Part shown: positions 50,179 through 57,390 of the stretch, piece by piece
Position numbering within the stretch: the stretch's first letter is position 1
Layout of the letters: every line of letters starts with the position of its first letter
Origin: Bacteroidales bacterium
Lineage (GTDB): Bacteria; Bacteroidota; Bacteroidia; Bacteroidales; UBA1715
NCBI GenBank assembly: GCA_012519815.1
Contig: JAAYPM010000142.1
Location: 1-57,390, forward strand
DNA: 57,390 bases
Reading direction: 5' to 3'
The notes under the pieces: model-generated
Seen by the model: the letters and a program-made list of their open reading frames with translations, nothing else
What the model was told of the DNA's origin: nothing
Databases searched by the model: none
Made by a program: the position numbers and the translations under genes

Positions 50179-51489
50179 TTATATTGATTCTCGAATGATT
50201 TTCGCACCAATTGCATTCAAACGCACATCAATATTTTGATATCCTCTGTCGATTTGGTCAATATTATGAATAACACTCACTCCATCGGCAGACATTGCAG
50301 CAATTAACAAAGCCACACCAGCACGAATGTCAGGAGAAGTCATAGTTGTAGCACGAAGTTTTTGTTGATTTCCTAATCCAATAACGGTAGCTCTATGAGG
50401 GTCGCATAAAATAATTTGGCAGCCCATATCAATAAGTTTATCAACAAAAAACAAACGGCTTTCAAACATTTTTTGATGAATAAGTACGCTGCCAACTGCC
50501 TGTGTTGCAACAACTAAAAGCACGCTCAACAAGTCGGGCGTTATGCCTGGCCAGGGAGCGTCTGCAATAGTCATAATCGAACCGTCTATAAAAGTAGGTA
50601 TTTTGTAGGTATCTTGTGATGGTATGTAAATATCATCATTTTTCCGTTCAAACTGAATTCCAAGACGAGAAAATGCGTCAGGAATTATACCTAAATTTTC
50701 GTAAGAAACATTTTTAATAGTTATTTCAGAACCTGTCATTGCAGCAAGACCGATAAAGCTACCAACCTCTATCATATCTGGAAGAATAGTGTGTTCACAC
50801 CCTCCTAATTCTGTAACTCCCTCAATAGTAAGCAAGTTAGATGCAATTCCACGAATACGTGCCCCCATGGAGTTTAGCATTTTACACAATTGCTGAATAT
50901 AAGGTTCACACGCTGCATTATAAATAGTAGTCGTTCCCTTTGCCAATACTGCCGCCATAATGATATTAGCCGTTCCTGTTACCGAAGCTTCATCAAGTAG
51001 CATATAGGTTCCGTGTAGCGATTTTGCTTCAACAGTGTATGATAATAATTTTGCATCGTAATGAAAATCTGCACCTAATTTTTGAAATCCTATAAAATGA
51101 GTATCTAAACGTCTCCGTCCAATTTTATCGCCTCCCGGACTGGGAATAAATCCTTTTCCAAATCGAGCCAAAAGAGGACCAACTATCATTATAGAGCCTC
51201 GCAAACTCGTAGATTTTTCATGAAATTTTTCTGTATAAAAATAATCTAAATTTATAGAATGTGCATGAAACCAATAATCAGTGTCGTTTTGTTTTGTAAC
51301 TTGAACCCCAAGACTTTGTAGAAGTTCAATTAATTTTATAACATCACGAATATGAGGAATGTTTTTAATCAGTACTTTTTCTGATGTTAACAATACCGCA
51401 GAAATAACCTGCAAAGCTTCATTTTTTGCTCCTTGTGGAGTAATGTTCCCACATAATTTTTGTCCACCAGTTATTTTAAAAATAGACAT
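50179..51489 (-). CDS. murA: UDP-N-acetylglucosamine 1-carboxyvinyltransferase
   Basis: GAKNEAL, PGGDKIGRR (Asp at the Cys115-equivalent position), EASVTGT, DIRAG. Confidence 0.97.
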   Translation of the reverse strand: MSIFKITGGQKLCGNITPQGAKNEALQVISAVLLTSEKVLIKNIPHIRDVIKLIELLQSLGVQVTKQNDTDYWFHAHSINLDYFYTEKFHEKSTSLRGSIMIVGPLLARFGKGFIPSPGGDKIGRRRLDTHFIGFQKLGADFHYDAKLLSYTVEAKSLHGTYMLLDEASVTGTANIIMAAVLAKGTTTIYNAACEPYIQQLCKMLNSMGARIRGIASNLLTIEGVTELGGCEHTILPDMIEVGSFIGLAAMTGSEITIKNVSYENLGIIPDAFSRLGIQFERKNDDIYIPSQDTYKIPTFIDGSIMTIADAPWPGITPDLLSVLLVVATQAVGSVLIHQKMFESRLFFVDKLIDMGCQIILCDPHRATVIGLGNQQKLRATTMTSPDIRAGVALLIAAMSADGVSVIHNIDQIDRGYQNIDVRLNAIGAKIIRESI

Positions 51490-51492
51490 ATT

Positions 51493-52095
51493 TTATTTTT
51501 TCTTCCTTTTTTGCTGTTTTTTTTTAGATTGATTTTTTTTTGGTTGCGGAGCAGAGTAGCTTACATGCATAAGTTTTGTTTCTTGGTCAAGATTCAATTT
51601 CCCATGAGACATTTGATATAAATCATTAATAATAATTGAATCATTTACCGGTTTTTGATTCCAAGAAACATATGTTTTTTTCATATGATTTGCTATCATT
51701 CTTATCAAAGCATCTTTATCAGCTCCCTCCTCATGTTCACTTGCAGCTTTTATAAGACGTTCAATCATTAAGCCGTAGTGTCTATATTTTATTTTTCCGT
51801 TATTATATGGAATTTTGTCAACCTCAGGCAATTCCTTTGGATTTGTAATAGGATATGGGAAATCAATATCTAAAGAGTAATTACATATTTGTGCTAAAAA
51901 ATCCCATATTTTTTGTTTGTAATCTTTTGTTTCTTTAACTGCCAGATTCATGTTTATCATAATTGAAACAAGCTCGTGAGCAGCTTCAGTTCTTGCAGTT
52001 CTATCTTCGATTGTGAAAAGATGCTGTGCCATCATTTGCACATTTCTTCCGTATTCAGGAAGTATTAATTTTTCGAGTGTTGTATTATACTCCAT
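51493..52095 (-). CDS. DUF4290-family protein
   Basis: MEYNT..KL.LPEYGRN.Q, IANHMKK.Y..WN; position upstream of murA. Confidence 0.85.
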   Translation of the reverse strand: MEYNTTLEKLILPEYGRNVQMMAQHLFTIEDRTARTEAAHELVSIMINMNLAVKETKDYKQKIWDFLAQICNYSLDIDFPYPITNPKELPEVDKIPYNNGKIKYRHYGLMIERLIKAASEHEEGADKDALIRMIANHMKKTYVSWNQKPVNDSIIINDLYQMSHGKLNLDQETKLMHVSYSAPQPKKNQSKKKQQKRKKK

Positions 52096-52186
52096 GTGTA
52101 TCATTATTAATTTGTTACAAAAATAGGAAATTTAGGCTATATACACAGCTATTTTAAAAATGTTTTACAAAATATCATTGTGCAAT

Positions 52187-54466
52187 TTACAGTTCAATCT
52201 GTTTTAATTTTGCAAATTTAAGAAGTAAACGTTTTTGTCCTTCATTCTCAAAATCAATAACAGCCGTGCTTTCGGGAAACTCTCCAGTAATAGTTTGCAC
52301 AAAACCTTTACCAAATTTTGCATGTAAAACCCATGTTTTTTCACGAATGTCTTGGGGATTGTCAGCTTCAAAATTAAGAATAATTGGTTTTTTTTGTGTC
52401 GTTTTTTTAAAATTACGCAAACCTATTGTAGCTTGATTTTGAGAATCTGCCATTTTTTTTCGCGAAAAATTTGAAAATTGAGATTTTGCACGAGAAAAAG
52501 AATCTAAGGAATTTCCTTGTTTTTGCTGAATGTATGAACTGTCTATATCCTTAACAAATCTACTCATTACAGACGAAGTGTGATTTCCCCATTTTCGTCG
52601 AGAAAGAGCAAATGTTAAATATGCAGATTTTTTAGCACGTGTTAAGGCAACATAAAACAATCTGCGTTCTTCTTCAATACTTTTTTCGCTATTCATTGAC
52701 ATTTGCGAGGGAAATAAATTTTCTTCGAGTCCAACTAAAAAACAATGTTCAAATTCAAGACCTTTTGCAGAATGCACTGTCATAAGTGTAACTTTATTAT
52801 GTGCATCATTTTCAATATCTATATCAGTAAGTAAAGCTATTTTTTCAAGATAATCAGTTAAAGCAATATTTTCTTCTTCTTGTTCAACAAAATCTTTCAC
52901 TCCATTTAATAACTCTTGCATGTTATCAAATCTCCCTTTCCCTTCAAGAGAAGAGTCTGCTTTTAATTCCTGATAAATTCCTGTTTTTTCTATAATTCTA
53001 TTCATTAAACTATACGCATCAGTATGAGGCAAATCATTCTGAAACTCAAGAATCATTGTTCGGAAATTTTGAATTTTATTAATTGTTCCTTTGTTTAACA
53101 GTTCGTGTGCGTGCTCAATATTTAGAATTACTTCCCACACCGTACAATTAGCTTTAAGAGCAAGAAACCTAATTTTATCAACAGTTGTTTGACCAATACC
53201 CCGCATAGGATAGTTGATAATTCTCGTTATTGCCTCTTCATCTTTTGGATTTACACACACACGCACATAAGATAAAATATCTTTAATTTCTTTACGTTGA
53301 AAAAAAGCCGTTCCACCAAAAATTTTACATGGTATTCGCAATTTATTCAGAGCTTCTTCGAGAATACGCGATTGTGCATTTGTTCGATATAAAATAGCAA
53401 TATCCTGATATCGACAGTTATTAGTATCAACAAGAAGTTGTATTTCTTTTGCAACGCCAATCCCTTCTTCAAAATCGGTAACATATTCAATAAGAGTTAA
53501 AGAGCTTCCAATATCTTGTCCCGAAAATGTATTTTTAGGTATTTGATTTTTGTTTTTCTTTATAATGCTATTTGCTGCATTTACAATTGTTTGTGTTGAT
53601 CGATAGTTTTGTTCGAGTTTAAAAAGGCGGTAATGAGGATAATCTTTACCAAATTTGAGAATATTTTCAATTTTTGCTCCACGAAAAGAATAAATACTTT
53701 GAGCGTCATCACCAACAACGCATACATTATTTTGTGGCAATGCTAACTTTTTAACAATTACATATTGAGAGAAATTAGTGTCTTGATACTCATCAACTAA
53801 AATATATTGAAATTTTTTTTGATATTTTTCTAAAATTGCGGGGTGGTCGCGAAATAAAATATTTGTGTACATCAACAAATCATCAAAATCCATAGCGTCA
53901 GCTTGTTTGCAGCGTACATTATAAAGTGAGTAGATTCTATGAATTTCGGGTACTTTATTAAAACTATCACGTTTTATCAAGTCAATGTTTTGTGCATATA
54001 CAGGAGCTGTTATTAAATTGTTTTTTGCATTTGATATAGTTGCCAAAATAGCAGCGGGCTTATACGCTTCTTTATCTAATTTTAAATCTGCAATAATTTT
54101 ACTTATAAGATTTCTTGAATCTTGTGTGTCGTAAATTGTATAATTTGATGTGAAGCCAATTGCAGCAGATTCGAAGCGTAAAATTTTCGCGAAAATAGAA
54201 TGAAATGTGCCCATCCACAAATGCTTGGAAACATCGTTGCCAACCATATGAGCAATTCGTTCTTTCATTTCTTGAGCTGCTTTATTGGTAAATGTAAGTG
54301 CAAGAATGGAATGTGAAGGAACGTTATGTGCTAAAAGATTTGCAATTCTACATGTAAGCACTCTTGTTTTGCCAGAACCAGCGCCAGCTATAACAAGACT
54401 TGCTCCTTGAATATGTTCAACAGCTTGTTTTTGAGCTTCATTTAATCCTTCAAAAATACCATTCAT
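52187..54466 (-). CDS. pcrA: ATP-dependent DNA helicase UvrD/PcrA
   Basis: AGAGSGKT, VDEYQDTN, LEQNYRS, TVHSAKGLEF, EERRLFYVALTRA. Confidence 0.95.
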   Translation of the reverse strand: MNGIFEGLNEAQKQAVEHIQGASLVIAGAGSGKTRVLTCRIANLLAHNVPSHSILALTFTNKAAQEMKERIAHMVGNDVSKHLWMGTFHSIFAKILRFESAAIGFTSNYTIYDTQDSRNLISKIIADLKLDKEAYKPAAILATISNAKNNLITAPVYAQNIDLIKRDSFNKVPEIHRIYSLYNVRCKQADAMDFDDLLMYTNILFRDHPAILEKYQKKFQYILVDEYQDTNFSQYVIVKKLALPQNNVCVVGDDAQSIYSFRGAKIENILKFGKDYPHYRLFKLEQNYRSTQTIVNAANSIIKKNKNQIPKNTFSGQDIGSSLTLIEYVTDFEEGIGVAKEIQLLVDTNNCRYQDIAILYRTNAQSRILEEALNKLRIPCKIFGGTAFFQRKEIKDILSYVRVCVNPKDEEAITRIINYPMRGIGQTTVDKIRFLALKANCTVWEVILNIEHAHELLNKGTINKIQNFRTMILEFQNDLPHTDAYSLMNRIIEKTGIYQELKADSSLEGKGRFDNMQELLNGVKDFVEQEEENIALTDYLEKIALLTDIDIENDAHNKVTLMTVHSAKGLEFEHCFLVGLEENLFPSQMSMNSEKSIEEERRLFYVALTRAKKSAYLTFALSRRKWGNHTSSVMSRFVKDIDSSYIQQKQGNSLDSFSRAKSQFSNFSRKKMADSQNQATIGLRNFKKTTQKKPIILNFEADNPQDIREKTWVLHAKFGKGFVQTITGEFPESTAVIDFENEGQKRLLLKFAKLKQIEL

Positions 54467-54568
54467 ATAATTTACTTTTTTTACAAAAATATGATTGTAT
54501 AGTAAACTCGCATAAAAAAACGAAATAAGTTATAAACTATTTTTCACTCCTTATAAAAGCATGGAAAT

Positions 54569-54603
54569 AAAAAAGGCAACTTTTACATTAAGTTGCCTTT
54601 TTT
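54569..54603 (-). terminator. Intrinsic terminator after the large T9SS gene
   Basis: AAAAAAGGCAACTT-loop-AAGTTGCCTTTTTT. Confidence 0.85.
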
Positions 54604-54627
54604 ATTATGTTATTTAATTATTAAAAA

Positions 54628-57390
54628 TTATTTTTTAATAAACTGAGCTTGAACACTATTTGTTTTTTGGATAATACGTATTGTATATGTTCCTTGAGCT
54701 AATGCTTGAACATCAATCATAACTTTATTTCCAACAACGGGTACATCAAGAACTTTTTGTCCAGATGTTGAAACAACATATATAGCTTCAGCATCCTCTA
54801 CACCTTCAACGTATATGTAATCAGAAGAAATTGTTGGATACACTAATACATTTGCTTCAACAACATCTACAGCTGTACCTTGTAATCTAATATCAAAATT
54901 AGATGCTGGTGCTCCTGCATATGATTGTATTGATGTTCCTGTGTATGAAATTAAAATTTCACTTGGATCATTAATTACGTTTCCTAAGGTTACAATAATC
55001 TTTTTGTTGTTTTGTGGATCAAGTTTCACACTTACAATTGTGTATAACATTGGATTTATACCAGCAACAATTAAATCAGTATAAATAGACTCCAATGGTG
55101 TTTTCATTACTTCAGAAAACTCAAGTTCTATTTTATTTGCAATACCTATTAAATTTGCATTTACAATTTCAGGTATGCCACTTACTTGTACAATATACTG
55201 AAGTGTAATTGATGGATTTGAAAGTAATGTTCCTGTTATTTGAGTAGTTCCACTAATATCAGATGCAGTTACAGTTCCAGAAATTGCTATAACAGAAGCA
55301 ACTTCTGCGTTTGAACTTGACCATGTAATATCACCATATGAACCTATTGGAGAGAACACAACTGTAGGAGTAAATTGTTCGCCAGCAATTAAATGTACAA
55401 CATTATCTTGTACCGATATTGCATCAACATTAGGTTGTGTAACTTCGCTGTCTAAAAATGCTTGTATAGCAGCTTCCAATACATTTACTTGCATAAGTAC
55501 TTCTTCATAAGTTGCTGGTGGTATTGCAATATATGAATTTGCATTATCAATAGCATTTTGAAGTTCAGCAAATGCTTCAGAAGGAATTTGTCCTACGTTA
55601 TTTCCTTGTTTATATTCATTATTTTGATATGTATTAACAGCCTCGTCGCGTTTTGCAATTAATGCTGAAATGTCAATTACAGACACACGTGAGTCAAGGA
55701 AATCCTGAATCGCATTACTCAATATCTCTGTTTGTGTAAATAATGCACTATTAGAATAATTTTGATAATTATCATAATAATACTGTGCTACATCAATTGC
55801 TGATTGTAATTTTTGTTTTTCATTATCAGTAAATTCTGCACTTGAAACATAGGTGTTATAAATAGATTCAGCACGTGCAATAGTATCTCCTAATTGTGTT
55901 CTGTCAGAGAAAGTAACCGCCAATACTTGAATTTGATGTGTAGTAGTACTTGAACATGAATTCACATCTGTATATGTATATGAGAATGTGTAATATCCAG
56001 GAGTAACCAATGACGGGTCAAATGAGTTCCCTGACAAATTGCTACCTAACAAACTACCTCCTGTAGGAGAAAGCGATAAGGTTACTGGAGCTGCATTTTG
56101 ATACACACTTGTAGGAGCAAATATTTGAGGATTTGGCAATGCATTAATACGTAAGTTCACACTTTCACTTGGACTTGTACAATGATTTTTCTGAACAGCA
56201 TAATACGTATAAGAACCAACGGCAGAAACTGAAGGCATAAACGTAGTACCTTGTCCAACAAGCTCTGTTAAATTTGCATCAGCATACCAATATACCATTT
56301 CTGTTGTCCCCGACGCAGTAAATGCCGGATTTGAACCACCATAACATACTTCTGTTGTTGTAGGTGTTATAGTAGGTTTCACTAAATCACAATCAGTAAT
56401 TTGTAATCGTATTGGCAATTTGCCAGAACTACACATGTTTGTGTTTATAGCTTCAACATAATAATAATATGTGCCTATATTTGTTTCTTGTACCACATAT
56501 TGTGTTCCTGACGATTGCAACACATTTAAAGTAGCGTCGTACCATATAACAGTGTTTGCAACATCAGTTGTAACACTTAAATTATGAGTTATTGCTGAGC
56601 CAAAAATTACAGTTAAATCTTGAGTAGCAAGAGTTGGAGCTTCATGTATTGTAAACGTAACTGGTACTTTTACACTTTCACACCCACTTATTTCTTGTGA
56701 CACATAATATGTGTAAACATTTGGTTCTGTAACTGTTGGTGTATATGAACTAGCTGTTGCAAATGGTGTAACATCTGTGCTTGCGGTGTACCATTTTGAA
56801 ATTACTGATGAAGCTATTGATGCAGAAGTCCCCTCGCATGTTGCTACACTTGCAACAATTGGTGCAGCAGGAATATCTATCACATTGAGTGCAACTTGTG
56901 TAGGCGCGCTTACACATCCATTTATTTCTTGTGTTACTGTATATTCTCCTGCAAGTGCAGTCGAAAATAAAGATTGTGTACTCACAATTTCTGAACTTGC
57001 ATTTTTCCATGCTATTTGTGCACCTGCCTGAGCAATTGCTGTAAAAGAAGCTTGTTTTCCATCACATATAGATTGCAATGCATTTGTAACAGTTGGAGCA
57101 GCTGGACGAGCTTTTACAATCACATCTAATTTTGCACGTGAGCTTTCGCAACCATTAGTTTGAGAAACATAATATGATGTTGTTCCTGCATTAGTTGTGC
57201 TTGGAATAGGAGCTACGTTCGTTCCATCTTCACTTGTAGCTGTTGAGTACCATAATAAATTACTACCTGTTGCACTTAATGCACTTGCAACATCTCCCAC
57301 ACAATATTCTACTGCACTTACAGTTGGCATTGGTGTAGAACAGCCACTTACCGCTATAGTTATTGACACTGGATCACTTTCGCAAGTTCC
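54628..57390 (-). CDS. Large T9SS-secreted protein, 5'-partial: Ig-like repeats, two helical FIVAR-like repeats, Big_2-like domain, type A C-terminal domain
   Basis: Frame open to the window edge; repeats of WY...TYYVSQ..GCES; WSSSNAEVASV; C-terminal VYPT...GTYTIRI. Confidence 0.85.
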   Translation of the reverse strand, partial: GTCESDPVSITIAVSGCSTPMPTVSAVEYCVGDVASALSATGSNLLWYSTATSEDGTNVAPIPSTTNAGTTSYYVSQTNGCESSRAKLDVIVKARPAAPTVTNALQSICDGKQASFTAIAQAGAQIAWKNASSEIVSTQSLFSTALAGEYTVTQEINGCVSAPTQVALNVIDIPAAPIVASVATCEGTSASIASSVISKWYTASTDVTPFATASSYTPTVTEPNVYTYYVSQEISGCESVKVPVTFTIHEAPTLATQDLTVIFGSAITHNLSVTTDVANTVIWYDATLNVLQSSGTQYVVQETNIGTYYYYVEAINTNMCSSGKLPIRLQITDCDLVKPTITPTTTEVCYGGSNPAFTASGTTEMVYWYADANLTELVGQGTTFMPSVSAVGSYTYYAVQKNHCTSPSESVNLRINALPNPQIFAPTSVYQNAAPVTLSLSPTGGSLLGSNLSGNSFDPSLVTPGYYTFSYTYTDVNSCSSTTTHQIQVLAVTFSDRTQLGDTIARAESIYNTYVSSAEFTDNEKQKLQSAIDVAQYYYDNYQNYSNSALFTQTEILSNAIQDFLDSRVSVIDISALIAKRDEAVNTYQNNEYKQGNNVGQIPSEAFAELQNAIDNANSYIAIPPATYEEVLMQVNVLEAAIQAFLDSEVTQPNVDAISVQDNVVHLIAGEQFTPTVVFSPIGSYGDITWSSSNAEVASVIAISGTVTASDISGTTQITGTLLSNPSITLQYIVQVSGIPEIVNANLIGIANKIELEFSEVMKTPLESIYTDLIVAGINPMLYTIVSVKLDPQNNKKIIVTLGNVINDPSEILISYTGTSIQSYAGAPASNFDIRLQGTAVDVVEANVLVYPTISSDYIYVEGVEDAEAIYVVSTSGQKVLDVPVVGNKVMIDVQALAQGTYTIRIIQKTNSVQAQFIKK

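Overview
AT-rich window from an anaerobic Bacteroidota (probably Bacteroidales) genome, judged from T9SS C-terminal domains, TAnnTTTG promoters and the zapA-6S-rny synteny. Positions 1-18.7 kb are a surface-glycan locus: fcl, gmd, a T9SS LamG/PKD protein, wzt without wzm, VioA-like aminotransferase plus N-formyltransferase, several glycosyltransferases and a methyltransferase. The remainder is housekeeping and metabolic: typA, copA, hflX, zapA/6S/rny, an Fe/B12-type ABC importer, thrA, ctpA, yidD, rnpA, cellobiose phosphorylase, the hcp/HcpR cluster, murA, pcrA and a partial large T9SS protein. The most unusual signal is a set of short tandem-repeat elements (7-, 8- and 9-mers plus REP palindromes) that I saw only between 7.1 and 21.2 kb. 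A four-helix-bundle (23S-IVP/Avd-like) gene sits between inverted heptamer arms. Two ORF-less arrays of the same architecture form an inverted pair around an 11.4-kb block. The same heptamer encodes an in-frame stretch of the aminotransferase, and many stop codons fall inside the repeats. Also notable are a REP-flanked Y1 transposase, a likely inactive glutamate 5-kinase homolog, a class IV aminotransferase homolog with an in-frame stop, and a GNAT-RimK fusion. All calls come from reading the sequence by eye; no searches were run.
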